From the NCBI GenBank assembly GCA_051362555.1, contig JBPQGU010000016.1, forward strand, positions 124,001-188,000: a stretch of 64,000 bases of DNA, in the 5' to 3' direction. Both the position numbers and the translations under genes were made by a program. The stretch is from Lingula anatina. Taxonomy: Eukaryota; Animalia; Brachiopoda. The notes beneath the pieces were generated by a model. It saw only the letters and a program-made list of their open reading frames with translations, made no database searches and was not told the origin of the DNA. Positions 24,801-39,800 of this stretch are shown piece after piece. The first letter of the stretch is position 1; every line of letters starts with the position of its first letter.

Positions 24801-27800
24801 ACTGGCTAACCTCTTGCGTAACTGGAGAGATAAAGATGCAGACGTGATTCTGGCCGATGTGCAAGTGAGGTTTGCAGAAGCATTGTTCACGTGGGTGAGT
24901 ATTCAGAAAATTGGTAACTGTATAGGTGAAACCATTTAACCATCTCAATTAAAAGTTTTGACCTACAGAAAGAAAGGCAGAAACCAGCATTTGAAACGTG
25001 CTCCAAAGCTTAAGAATGTACTGTCATAGACTGTAAAGATGATAAAAACTCACTCTTTTGAAATCCACTCAAATACTGACATTAAAATTAAATTTTCAAG
25101 TCTTTTATAGACCAGTTGTTTTTAAATGGTTGCTTTACATCTTAATCAGTTGATAAATTTTATTGTTCTTTCTATGTGGAATGCCCTAAATGGCTTTAAA
25201 TGAGGCTATTGGCATTCCCTGGCATCATGTCAGACTAAAAATGGAGCTAGAGTAAGGTGGAGTAAAATGTTTTAGTGATAAAGGTGAAAGCTATATGTGC
25301 CACAAATGGGGCATCATAAAACAATACAAAAGGATATAAAACCAGTACCATTCACTGTTAAAATTGATAGCTTTAATTGTTATATTTTTCATTTCAGATC
25401 ACTGTTTTTAAGCTTGATCTTCAGCGTATGGTGTCACTGAAATGCCAGGAATGTAAGGACGTTATGTTTTCAATTAAATGACTTTCTTATACATTGACAT
25501 ATTTTTATTTACGATAAAAAAGTGTTACCTCCCTATCCCATTTCTAATAATTCCTTAAGTCTTGTCACATCAAGTCCTACTTCTTAGTGATACAGCTGTA
25601 CTGGTGAGTTTTAATAGGTAGGAACATGAAATTAATATACTGCAGGGGATTCCCTTTCAAATCTTCTGTACAATTTTTATGGATATTCATTTATTGGCCA
25701 TATTGAATGTGATTACTCCATTTTTAAAAACAAATTTTATGTAAAAGTCGAGATAATAAATATCTCTTATCTGTCTTATCTAGGATCTTCATGCCAAAAT
25801 CCACATAATTTTGAATAAAGTGCAGTTTTCTTTTTCTCACGAACCAGTTCTGGACCCATCCCTGCACATTGATGGGATGTTTTATACCATTTATAATTAG
25901 AAAATTAAGTTCTGAATTACTGGGCAGTCATTTTGAATAGCATCTGCCTTTCTAACGTTCACATTAAACATACAGTACTGCACAGAATCAGGAATTGCTT
26001 CCTTTTCACTTCATGACACAAGAAAACTGTGGTATATGAATGGAAGCTTTCTGTTGTGCATGATCTATATGCTTACTATGAAAGTGAATTTTCATGGTTT
26101 CTTGATAGGATGATAAAACAATAATTAATATTCTTTACTTGGGGACTATTTAGTAAATAACATGACTGTTTAAAAGATAACATTTCGGTCCATCAGCTAT
26201 GAATCTTGGTCATGTGCACATTTTCAAGGTCTAACTGGGGAAGGATCAGCTTTGTAGGGCAATTAAAATATGACTTTGGGACATTTTCATACATGGGTAG
26301 GATGCCTTTAAGTAAGTTCCCAGTATCTCATAACAGACTGGAACAGCTAGTTCACTAAGATGTCATGCTCAGTGTGACAAGTCCTTCAGGTTAACAAGTT
26401 TTGCTACTTTATGTAGACTGACTTTATTCATCAACAGTATGCTTGAACTGAAATTTGAGAGGCAAGATGTGTCGATGTCCAGTTCTTAGAATTTTAAATG
26501 TTTTCAGGCCTAGACCTGACAGAAGATGTGAATCAGTCAGAATTGGTCAACAAAATAAGGATGAAAGCCCATTTCTACAGGGCACAATGCTTTTGCAAGT
26601 CTAAGATGTTTAAAGAAGCCAAAGAAGCTATAGATACAGCTTTGCAGCTAGCCAAAGAAGTCAGTGATTTAGAAAATTTAAAGGTAAAAATGCATGGCCT
26701 AGCAACCCTTAAAGAATATCAGGCCTGCTGCAAATTTGCAATAAAATGTTCTTGTAAACTCCTGCAAACTTGTTGCTGCAAACTTTTCAGTGGTACACAG
26801 CATGAGGTTTTCCACTAAAAATTTCTTCTTAATAACAAATTTTTGTATGGTAATCAATATTTTTATTAAAATAACCACATTAGATCCCCTTTTCTTGACT
26901 ACATGCAGGAAAAACAAAATGTCTTGAACCCATGCTTATGTGATGGTTTTTCAAAATCCACCAGCCATTTGGGCTCGGTTTTTGCTAGAGACCATGATTT
27001 AAAACTGTCAGTTTGGTTGATGGGAGGTAAAATTTGACAGGATGGGGTAATTTTGATTTTTTTGTGACATTAAAATCTCTGTCATTATCTGTTAAATATT
27101 ATCAAAAAGTTTTTAATGTCCTTGAAGTACATTAAAAAATCTTCCTCTTTGACAATTTAAAACTGTTACCTTTTGCATTTGATGAACTAGTCAGATTTTT
27201 ATGTAAAGCTTAGTAGTTTATTATTTTCTTTCTTAATGCAATGTTGCATTTTATATAATATGGATATAGAGTAAAATATTCATTAATGGCCGTTGCATGT
27301 TTTACAGTAAATGATGGGTGATCCTCCATAACTTGAAGAGATCTTTTAATTCAAATACTTCTTAACATCCAGGAAATGGATATCTTTGAACTGAGAAAAC
27401 TCTGCACTCAAGAAATTGAAGCCATTAGCAACTCGCAGACTGCAGTGAATGAGGAATGGTTGGCTGGCACAAACATTGTGGAGGGGATCAGGGTAAGTCA
27501 TCATACTTTGGTAGTTTCTCTACTTTTTATGATCACACACTGTTTTCTGTCTGTACATTTGACAGCTATGCTGCCTTGTTATTTCGAAATGAACAGTTTG
27601 ACAATTAAATATGTATTAATATGTTAATAGATAAAAGACCTTTGTTTAGAATTAAAGGAATATAATAGCTTTTTGACAATTTGAAGTTTTTAGTTAAATT
27701 TTGCACAAAGTCAGTTGTTGGTAAATTTTGGATAATTTTGTCAACATTGCATGATTTAGATGATTAATACAAGCTGTGTTTGAAGTTACTGTTTTAGATG

Positions 27801-30800
27801 TGATGTTTTATCCTTTTTCCTTGTTTTTTAAGTCAAAGAGGCACCAAGAAAAAATACTTAAGCATCACCAAGGTAAGATATAAGTATTGCAAAGGTATCA
27901 TTGGTGTAGAAAATTGAGTCAGTTTTCAAAACGTAATGACAGAAGATAAAACAAAGATTGCAGATTACATGTAAATGCAAGGAATTTTTGAAAAGACCCA
28001 GCTTTAGGGTTCTGGTTGTGGGCGACATTTTAAAAATCCTAGCCTTCTGTTTGATATTCCCTAAAATAGAAAACTACACTGCTAGTCAGCCCATGATACT
28101 AACCCCATGGCAATTACTAGTTAAATCGTAACCTGTCCTGTAAAGTTTTGTCAGTTTGTTCAGTTATGTACTGATGACTATTTTTCTTCTTAGTACTTAT
28201 CTTCTTGTATATTTTTCGGTGACATATCTGATGGTTTACAGTCCTTTTTTTTAGTGTAAGTGCATTTTTTCTGTTTTGTACTTGTAGAATCGAAGACCCT
28301 AAAAGTAAAGAAGATCAAGTACAAGCAAGTACCCAGAAAGCCAGAAGCAGGGAGACAAGTATGGACCAGAACAATGTCTTTTCACTTATCTTTAAATATA
28401 TGTCCATTTAGGATAAGCATATACTTACCTTCGTCTAAAATTCCTTATTTACTGCCTTACATGCATTCTTTTTGGTGATAAATAAATCTTCACTATTCAG
28501 TGACTAAATTAATTAACATTTACACATATGTCATTTTACAGATGACATCATAATTGCAATTTTGGGGTAAAAATCGAAATATCGGTTACTCAAATTTTTC
28601 TTTTACCTGAGCACCCACGATCACTGTTTTAACACCAATTTAATGACACTTTTAATGCTCCAAAACCCTGCCAGCGAATTTTTCTTGGAAGTCGTAGTTC
28701 AGATTTTATCGTTGATTTAGCAAAATAATGCCTTTTTTAAAAAAGATCTATAATTAAGGGCTCATAACTCCATAACAAAAACATTTAAACCAAAAAGCTG
28801 CACAGGATTGTAGCTGATACACTAGTTAACTGTCTATCTGACTGATAAATAGAAAGATACTGTCACCAAGAAAATGGTGGGGAGTTCAAATTCTCATAGA
28901 GTATTTTTTTTCTGGCTCAGCAACTGAAAACAGCATCTGCACCTGCACCAGTGAAAGCAAAAGAAGGCAATTTACCTCAGAGAACTGATGAAACGAAGAT
29001 GATCAGCAAATTGGATAAGCTCACAGATACATCTATTCCTGATGATAGAAAGAAGAGCGATGCACCATTAGAGTACAAACTGACCACGAGAGGAAGTGGT
29101 GTGTATTCTCAGGATATTATTTGAGTTTTTTACATTCTGTTATTGTACCACCAGCGTAGGGGCTGGCGGTACACATGGTTTTACACCCCATTCCCATAGA
29201 TTTTTAGATTGTTCTATCCCTGTGGAGTCTCACTAGATTACTGTCAGCTTGGCCGGCTTAAGCGTCTGTCCCGCCTACTAAAAGCTGTAAGGGGGTAATT
29301 AACTATGGTGCTCGCTCATCTGTCTGCAATTTAGCGTGAACCCCCAGGGAGTTGGGTCGATCTAAATTTTAATCCCTGGATCGATTTAAATCTCTGGAAA
29401 TACACCCTTAGTCCTTAGGAATTATGGGAAAAATTTCTACAGACGGCTGACTGAAAGTCATATTTGGAGATTTTAAATATGCCCTTAAATTTGACCTTTG
29501 ACCTTTATTTCAAGGTCAAACGGGCCAAAATTTTCAAAAAAATGAAATTTTTTACGAAAAAAATTATTTCCGCTGATATTCAGAAACTACACAGACCTAA
29601 CCAATAGTGTTATTGGAAAGTGTTACCCTTAGGGTCATCTTTCATCTCCGTGAATTTGGGGTCAATCGGTGCATTTTCACGGGAGTAGCGGCCATAAGAT
29701 ATCGAAACTGAAAACTGTCTCTAATTCAGGAACCGTTAATGCAAGAGACCCATTCTTTTTTTGCATTTTGTAGAGCATGTAAAGCCCAACACTCGGGGTG
29801 GTCTCTGTTTTTTTGTATCCCATATGGTTTTCGAGTTATGCTGTATCAAAAAGTACATTATGGTGGTGAAAGCAAAATGTGCAGTATGGTAATGTATAAT
29901 AAATTTTGAACACCGGGAAAATAAAACATAAGGATTGGCAAGGCAGACAACTTCTGGTCTAAAATGACATTATTTCATGAAATTTGAGCATCTGGAACTT
30001 CTGAGCACCTCCCATTTAAAGAATTTCAACCAAAATGACCTTTTCTTTATTTTAATTAAAAGGACACAAAAGAGGATTTTCGCGCCAAAATTGATTTATC
30101 CTGATTTATCCCAAGGTTAACACTACTTTTCCGCGATTAACCAACCTTTAATCTATCATTCCCGGCACTCGCCATCGCTCTGTAACATTTTTGGAAAATA
30201 CAATAAAAAGAAAACCTCCGCTTAAGCGGAGGTTTACCAACAACCACCTCCATTTTCATAATTGAGCTCTCTAGACTTCCGGATCTCGCGAGATTCTCGT
30301 ATTGCGACCTAGTTAAAACCAGTTCAAGCTGCCGGGAAAGGACAACGTGAAACAGGAGGCTCAGTTATGCTGGGAGTCCTTCGAAGAAGCGAAGACAGAT
30401 AACAAAAAGAAAAAAGAAACAACCTTTACAAAAAACATGCGTAAAACAGTGTATCAGCAAATGTACGACAGGCAAACAATAAACACCGGCGAGGAAGAAG
30501 GCAGATGAAAACCTGCTTGGGTGGCCATGGATACGAAGAATGGCCTGGCCGCGAAGTATTTTCTGGATTTGTGAGTACCATTTACAATAATCTTTGAGAT
30601 AAGACACCAGTGAAAATATTTATTAAGCACAGAGATTTATGTTTATTTACGTGTGTTCGTTGTATATCTTAACGATTGTCAGGCTCGTCTGTCAAAATAT
30701 GCCATGAAATTGTAACTAATATGAGTGGTATCGATGACAGAAATTGCAAGTGTTGCTCATATGTCGACTCTGACAGGGTTTGGGTTAGTTTATAGAGCAA

Positions 30801-33800
30801 AGAAAGTTTAAATAAAAACGGACATGGTGGGAGATACTAGTCTCATTACATATACATTACAATGACCAGGGCGAATTTTTGACTTACCGAGGGCACATTT
30901 CTTGTGCCTCTAACATCTAGGCATACCACAGTAATTAAGACATATGACAAAGATGCTATTTCTTTAGGCATCTAAATCCCAAAATGAATGTGCAGAAGCT
31001 GTTATTGTATCTAAGTTTAACCCAATGTTAAATGGCATGTCAACTATAAGTGAAAATAAATAGTAGTATTTTGATTTTATATTTTAAAGACAATTTGTCT
31101 CCTTTTTACATTAAAAATAAATAAATCAGAAAGGGGATATTGCATGTTTATGTTTGGTACATCTCTCTAATGTATTAAATAGTCCAGAGTAATAATTTAG
31201 ATCATACAATTTTAACTTCCAACCAGTATTTCGGAGATTAAACCAATATGAAGTGATCAAGAAATTTCAAAATTAAGTTGTAGTTAATACTAGTGCAGTT
31301 GAAGATGACAGTCTAGATAATTTAAGGTGATCATATTGAGAAAAATGGCATTTATACTTATTTCAGTTGAGTTTTATACTTATTTCAGTTATGTTTTTAC
31401 ATAATTTTTCTCAAACTCGATTATCTTATTTTATGTACTGTTGCTTTTTTTTTTTTGGTTGCAGTATCAAGGTAACTTTTTCCTATGGTATGCCTGAACT
31501 GGAAGAAGTGCAGATGGAAGAGGAGGAAGATGCTGAAGAAGAGGGAATTAAAGGATCCTGATGATCCAACATGGGACTAAAACATGTCTTTAGAGTAAGC
31601 AGAATTTTAATAAGCTGATATTCACTCCTCATATATTAGGCATATAGGTGCATGATTTCTCTTTTATCAATTTTTTTTCCAAATTGGCGACACATAATGT
31701 AAACATAATGCAAGACTCTATTTCCTCCATCAACTGAAACGAGCTAAGCTTTACCAAAGTATTGTGCACTCAATTCTACAATATGCCTGCCCTGTGTGGC
31801 ATCCAGGACTAACTATAGAGCAATGCAAACTCTAAGAGACTGACCAAACTCGTGCTTTGAAGATTATTTTCCCTGACCTATACTATGATGAAACCCTGAA
31901 CCTGGCATATGTGTACTTTAGATAAACGAAGAGATCTGTGCAAAACTTTCTTTTACAAAATAACTGAATCCTCTGACAAACTGAATCACATCTTTATTGA
32001 CCAATCCAATCGTCTTTTAAGATCAAACAAAGTGCCACAATTTAAGACCGACAGATTCTGATGCTCTTTTATTCCGTATGCACTTTTAAATTTCCAATAG
32101 TATTATGTTGTCTTTTATCCTAAGTACAATAATTTTAAAGTTCAATTAGCAGTCTTTTAACTCAGTTTTATTCAAGCAAATATTCACTTTATTTTCATTA
32201 TAATTTTCTTAACACTATGTACAACTCAACCCACTGGGTTGCAATCTTAATAAATTATTATTATTATTATTTTGATTTGCTTTTTTAGACCTAAAGGTTA
32301 TGAGCAACTGCCAGTATGAAGTCCTGAAGAAGAGTTTTTTACATGGAAGAGGAACTCCATGGCTCTCCACCAAAAAAAGATGAACTTTTCGTGAGGGTCC
32401 AAAGCGGGGACGAGTTGGATAGTGAGAGACTTTTCCTGACTTTCGAGTGCTGCTTACAGGATATATTCAGTGAACTCATCTTGCCAATGTGACAAAGCAT
32501 AATCTGCTGACTTCAAACCATCTAGCACTTACATGTATGCTATAATGCAGACAGATTGGAAATCAAGGTGGTCTTTCCTCCCAAACCTAAGTCATATGCC
32601 TGATATTGAGAATAAACCATTTTGGTCCAGCATTTACTTCTTAAATGACATCAAATGTATTATGGAATATGGTACTGGTGGCATATTGTGATTTCAACTT
32701 GATTTTAAACCAGTGTGTTGTTAGATTTTGTAAGATCACCAGTTGCAGTTTTGTGACTTTGTTACAGCATAAAATTCTGTATTTGGCAAATGACTGCATG
32801 TCATTTCTTTTAAGACCTACAAAAATGGTTTGAGTGAACACTTGTGCCTGTATTCAATTCTCCACTCAGCCATTATTTAGAATTCATGCAGGGAAGCTAT
32901 GCCTGTATTTTTTAAAGAAATATTTTTACCTTTCTATTTATTCCCTGCACATCTTGGAAAAGTATGTGTGAATATCTTACTGATGAAACAATTTATGTTT
33001 GTGTAAGTTGGGTTGGTCCTTTCTTATGACACATCCCTTTGCATGGAGACAGCTCACATGAGTCAATACACTGACAGAGAGGGGGATAATTTGTTGATCT
33101 GCAATCCTCATGGGTCTGCATGTACATCAGACTCTTAACATGATAGCCTGGCTATTAATAAGTCTCTCTCAAAAATGTTATCATACTATAATGTGTACTG
33201 CACAATGTGAAAGTTTGTGAATGCTTGAATAGAAGGCTTATTTATGAAGATGGCATTAATGAGTATGAAAATAATTATGCATTCTAGCTTACAGAATCTG
33301 TGTATGTCTTATTCATTACATGTGACAGGTAATAATGAAGATGATTTGGCCAAATTCTAAACTTATGTAGCAAACTTTGTTTATTCTTGTATTTTTGCCA
33401 AATATAAATAAAAGATGTTTCAATATTTAAACTTTTATTTCATTCATAATCTCTACCCAGTTAATGCTTCATTGATACTGCAGCTTATGCTTTGTACATA
33501 ACAATATGTTAATTAATAATAACAGTTGGATAGTACATGTTAATTTACTAAAGGGCTAGTTCTTAGAAAAACATGTTCGACATTAAAATATATTCTAAAA
33601 AAGTTTTCAAGTATTGCATTAGAATTGAATCCTTGGATGTATTTGACAAATTATAAAATTATTGAAGAGTTGACAATGCACAGATAATAAAGGCCTTGAG
33701 GCTCTCGCTGATCTCAGTCTTGTCACTTTAAATACATGTACATGGGCATTATAATATAAAACTGTTCACTCGGTTTTGGTAAAAGGTGGTGGATCATGTG

Positions 33801-36800
33801 GTCATCGCTGCAAATTTTGCATCCGCGGACCCCCCCCCCCCCCCTTTCAAATAATCCCATGTTATACTGCTAAAATTATTAACATACCTGATCTCTTCAC
33901 TCTTGCTTGAAGGGGTGTATCAACCAATTCCTCCTCTGAAAGGCTAAAAAATCATTCCTTATAATCATATTCATTGACAATATTATTAAATTTACAAATA
34001 AGCTAACGTAGTTACGTGCCGTACAAAGAACACCCTCTAACCCCACTAGTACTCGAGTTACATCGTATATCTCATGGGATTCCCCTGCGAGAATATGGTG
34101 TGAGGTTAGTCTGTAAGTACTGGTAGATGACCACATTGAGCAGAAAAGGGTATTCCTCCTGCTTTACAGAACTATACACCTCAGGGGTAAAGTGCACTAT
34201 CTCGCTTTATGTAACTAGTAGTACGTACCCAGTGCGAGTGATTTGGCTGCGAGTGCGTTACCCGAGGAAACGTTAATTATTAGCAGTTATCTACGCTTTT
34301 TAACTTCCTCTGCCAGACATTTTGATTTCCACTGCCATCTTCCCATTTTAAAGTACTTTTGGTAAATATAACTCGCTTACCTGCAAAGATTCGGTGAGCA
34401 ATTCCTCTTCTCCTTCACGTCCACGCTCACCTTCGAAACGACATGCTGTCTGCATTGTTTACATCTCGTATCTGAGTCGAGAAGCCGCGTTATTTCAAAC
34501 TGTGTCAAGATGGCTGACGCCCGGGGTTCGAAAGTGGACGGTGAATATGATTCTTTTTTTCGATATTGATTAAGGCCATTTACCTGCCATTTTATACTTT
34601 ACCCATAGCAATTGTTCTCAGATAAGTTAAAAAAGAAGCAATCCATGCACTAAAAAGGCGTTTTTAATCCTATTTTTTGTCCCTTTAATTATTTCTGTAG
34701 GAAATTTATGGCACATTATTGTAACTCCAAAATCATAACATTTAGTCCCTTTTATCTTCAAAACTGGCAGAGATAGGTCCATAGTTATTATTGAAGTTGA
34801 ATAGGAAGTTATAATCTGGCAATCTAAATGTGACCTTGAAATTGACATTTGACCTACTTTTCATCATGAATTGAACTTTGCAAATTTTGGTTCCCTTTTG
34901 TCTCCAAAACTGGCAGAGATAGGTCCATAGTTGCTATTGAACTTGAATAGGAAGTCATATACTGGCAATCTAAATGTGACCTTGAAATTGACCTTTGACC
35001 TACTTATTATCATGAACTGAACTTTGTAAATTTTGGTTCCCTTTTATCTCCAAAACTGGCAGAGATAGGCCCATAGTTACTATTGAAGTTGAATAGGAAG
35101 TCATATACTGGCAATCTAAATGTGACCTTGAAATTGACCTTTGACCTACTTTACACCATAAACTGAACTTTGCAATTTTTTAATGCTTTTATTTTCAAAA
35201 CTGGCAGAGATACGCCCATAGTTACTATTGAATTTGAATAGAAAGTCAAAAAAGGCAATTTACTGTGACCTTAAAATTGACCTTTAACCTACTTTTAACT
35301 ATGAACTGAACTTTGCAAATTTTTAATGCTTTTATTTTCAAAACTGGCAGAGATACGCCCATAGTTACTATTGAATTAGAGTAGAAAGTCATTAGAGGCA
35401 ATTTACTGTGACCTTTAAATTGACCTTTGACCTACTTTTCACCATGAACTGATCTTTGCAAATTTCCGTTCCCCTCTATCTCCAAAACTGACAGAGATAG
35501 GTCCATAAATACTATTTGAACTAATTGAACTTGAATAGGAAGTAATACACTAGCAATCTGTGACCTTGAAATTGACCTTTGACCTACTTTTTATGATGAA
35601 CTGCTTTCTGCTTGTTATCTGGCCTTTAAATCTGCAAAATTGGCAAAGAAATGCCCATTGTTACTATTGAACTTGAATAGAAATTCATTTACTATGATAT
35701 TGAAATTGACCTTTGACCCACTTTTTCACAGTGAACTGAGCTTTGCATATTTTCTTGCCTCTCATATCTTTAAAACTAGCAGAGATGTGTCCATTGTTGC
35801 CCCTAGATTTTCTCTTTTGTCAGCATATATGCACCACTGACAACACATAGGCCTTTTGTCTAGAGAATACAGGAGTGATCAAGGGTAGGAAAATGCAAGT
35901 CAATTAGAAAATCTGCTTGATTGTACCATTTTTAGTTATATTTTTTTGCATATTTTGAGAACTCTTATTGATTGCATTTTATAGAGCTTGTCAAGCACAT
36001 TTAAGACTGGTGATGGTGTCCCTTTTTGGAGTGGGGGGGTCCATACAAATGTGCTTACTCCAGCTGGTGGTACAATATCCGGAGGCGGTATTGCCTCTCT
36101 GATCCTCTAGTTTTGTCTTGATAAAAGGGTCTATAATTTAAAAAGAACTCTCTGTATCTGAATTCTGTCCTAATAATTATTTGTTCCAGTTGTGTTGATC
36201 TTTTATTTATGTTTATTTTAGAAATTTCATCGAGAGACCCCGAACAGGTGGTTGGGATCAAAGCAAATTTTCCTTTACAAGATGTAAGGATACAACTGGC
36301 ATGCTCCTCTTGCTGTGTTGAATCTGAAAACAGTGGGGATGCTTACTGGTATGACTGGCAGGCTCATGAAAATTGCTATGAAGACCGTTTACTACTTCAG
36401 CGCAAGGGTGGGAAACTGTGGTTGTGGATCAAGGCTCCTTTATACAATACTTTTACTGACCTTTGCAAAGCTCATTTGCATGGGAGATTTTCGCCTTTTC
36501 CAGTTAAGAAATGCAAATATCCCCACAGCAAAGAGGAAAAGATTTTGTGGAAAAAGGATCAAAGGCAGGAGTTCAAGATTCTTAATTTTATTGATGAACT
36601 CCGGTATGCTTATCATCCCAAACCAAAAACTCCTCAAGAACTGATACAGAAATATGGAGGAAAATTAGTTTTTGTATGTCGCAAGTGCTTTTACATGAAA
36701 CCGACAGTTATCAGTTGGAAAGTAAAAGATAAAGATTGCTGTGAAAATGGGCATCGCTGGAAAGTTGAGGGTTTTTTACTTGTACATGAAAGTATTGTTG

Positions 36801-39800
36801 GTACAGGAAGAAACCGCATTCCAATAAGAGAAAGACCACGTGGTTATGCTGAAAGTGATATGTACCAAAGATGTGCCAAAGGAATTTGTACTGACGGAGA
36901 TTGCCCAAAGGCACATTTTGATATTGAAAGGGATGTATGGCATCTAGAAACAATCAATAACTGGACCAGAAAAGACTTCATACGAAATCTGAAGAAATTA
37001 AATTCTCATGACAAGAAAACCCCAACAATGAAAAATACACTTGGAACAGTCATAGAAAATACAGAAGTGTTGTCAGCAAGAATCCAACATTTGGACTCCA
37101 TATCATCTGCAAGTACATTTACACCAGCTAGTGAAGTCAAGTGTCAGGAGAAGGTGCAGTATGCTTGTCGTAAATGTTACATCAAAAACCAAAATCTCAT
37201 CGTTGGTCCATCAGTGGATTTTAGATTTTGTTATGAGCAGTTGCATCCATGGAACCCAGATACTTATTTGTGTGTTGTCCGTCTGGAAGATGGAAAATAT
37301 TGTGAAATAAGGGAATTGCCAGATGTTAAGAGGGACCAGTTTGACCTGTGTGTCAACATTAAAAGCTCTAATCGCTGCTTCAGGGGAAAGGAGTGTACCT
37401 ATGCTCACTCTACTATGGAGAAATTGCTGTGGGAATGGATGCAGAAAAATGGTGGTAAGGTTAACTTTAAAGAAGCATGCAAGTATATTGAAGGCATCTG
37501 AATTATTAAGTTATTTATCTTAAAAGGGAAATTTCATTTTTATGTACAGACACAGATGTGTCTGTACATATAGCCATCATCTGCGTCTGTCGTCGTCGCC
37601 GTCGGTGCCGTCGTCGCCGTCGTGCACTTTTACCGATAACACGATAAGTGGAAAACCGTTTTTGTTTTTGGCTTGAAACTTATAGAACTGATGAATATTC
37701 ATAATATGCAGGTCAAGTTCGAAAATCAGCATGATCGGGTCATTTTTAGGGAAGTTATGCTGTTTTTTCACTTTTTTCAGCATATATGCAGCACCGATAA
37801 CACGATAAGTGGAAAACCATTTTACTTTTTGGCTTGAAACTTACAAAACTGATGAATATTCATAATTCGCAGGTCAAGTTCGAAAATCAGCATGATTGGG
37901 TCATTTTTAGGGAAGTTACGCTGTTTTTTCACTTTTTTCAGCATATATGCAACACCGATAACACGATAAGTGGAAAACCCTTTTACCTTTTGGCTTGAAA
38001 CTTACAGCACTGATGAATATTCATAATACGCAGGTCAAGTTCGAAAATTAGCATGATCGGGTCATTTTTAGGGAAGTTATGCTGTTTTTTCACTTTTTTC
38101 AGCATATATGCAACACCGATAACACGATAAGTGAAATACCGTTTTACCTTTTGGCTTGAAACTTACAGAATTGATGAATATTCATAATACGCAGATCAAG
38201 TTCGAAAATCAGCATGATCTGGCCATTTTTAGGGAAGTTTTGCTGTTTTTTTCACTTTTTTCAACATATATGCAATACAGATAACTCGAAAAGTGAAGAA
38301 TCGTTTTACCTTTTGGCTTGTTGTGTGTACATTTGACAGCTTTGCTGCCTTGTTAAAATGGTTTTACTTCCAAACTGCCTCAAGGTAATGAATTAATGCA
38401 AGTGACCAGTGCCGCATCACATCATAGGTTACTGATTCCTATGTTCTCATCTATGTGCCCATTCAGAACAGAAGGTCTTCAGATCTACTGATCCGTGGAT
38501 CAAATATGGCAAACCCTACACGAAAGCAAGACTGCTTAATCCTGTAATGGTCTCCACCTTCACATGTCCGGTCCCTGCAGGGGCCTAGCAATTAAACCGA
38601 AGCTGAGATTTTATCCATTTAATGGTTTGTGTGGAGGCGGTGAGACCATCTTGCTTTCATGTAGGGTCTGCCATATTTGACTTGTGGATCAGTTGATTTG
38701 AGGATTATTTGTTTTGAATAGTCTCTTTGTGTGGTTGGGCTGAAGCATTTTCACAGGAGTAGCTGCCATTAGATGCTAAAACTTATAGTTTATTCTTATT
38801 TTGGCACTGTAAAAGTTAGCAACCTCTTGTTTGCTGAATATTGTTGAGCTTGGGAAGAGCAATACTGAAGGTGGTTTCTTCTTTTTTTTTTGTATCTGTA
38901 TGAATAAGGAGTTGAGTTATTAAAAATAATACTGTTTTTCCCCACACCTGACAAAACTTTTATGAAATTAAATGTGAACTAACTCCTAAATTGAAGGATA
39001 TATGTTTCATTTCAAATTTTCTAGTTTTTAAAGAAAAAATGCATGCCGAGTTGAATTTTACAAATTCTGTAAATTTCCATAAACATTTAAATTTTTTTTT
39101 TTAGTTCTCAGTCTGGAAGAATTGGTGATTGCATCTGAAAGATCTCAATCCAGTCCAGCACCAAAACAGGATGGAGATGATGTGACAGAGCACAGAATTC
39201 CTGGCACTAGATTCTGCTTCCCAAAGTTCTACTGCAAGTATTGCTACAAGGAGTGCAACAGTAAGATACAGTTGGAGAGACATTTCAGCTCACAGAAACA
39301 TAAGTCTGTGCTCTCCCAGCTGAACAGGAGCGATCAGCCGTGGAATTGCCGGGAACCACCACCTAATTTGATAGACTTTAAGCTTTGCAAAAGGTAAAAA
39401 AAATAAAAAATATATATATGTCCTCCATGTGGATTTTAGAAAGAAGAAAATAGTGAAGAATTGGTGACCCAACTAATGGTGTACAGGCAGGACACCATGC
39501 CTTCTGCACCACTAGATGGTGGTCACCACAGTGGTGTATGGCAGGCAGTGCACTGTGCCTTCTGCACCACTAGGTGATGGGCACCACAGTGGTGCATGGC
39601 AGGCAGGACACCGTGCCTTCTGCACCACTAGGTGGTGGGCACCACAGTGGCGCATGGCAGGCAGGACACCGTGCCTTCTGCACCACTAGGTGGTGGGCAC
39701 CACAGTGGCGCATGGCAGGCAGGACACCGTGCCTTCTGCACCACTAGGTGGTGGGCACCACAGTGGCGCATGGCAGGCAGGACACCGTGCCTTCTGCACC

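Larger units (their letters stand above)
29140..36112 (+). mobile_element. Second HINE-like family (B) filling the 7.1-kb intron, with nested cargo
   Basis: 5' TTATTGTACCACCAGC..GCTGGCGGTACA hairpin. 3' GCTGGTGGTACAAT plus GAGGCggtattGCCTC hairpin plus CTAGTT. 145-bp array near the 3' end. Confidence 0.6.

Noticed and set aside
31367-31580. Acidic ORF EEVQMEEEEDAEEEG as an extra HELZ2 exon
   Set aside because: It lies inside nested transposon cargo and runs into stops; 29098 already splices in phase to 36222.
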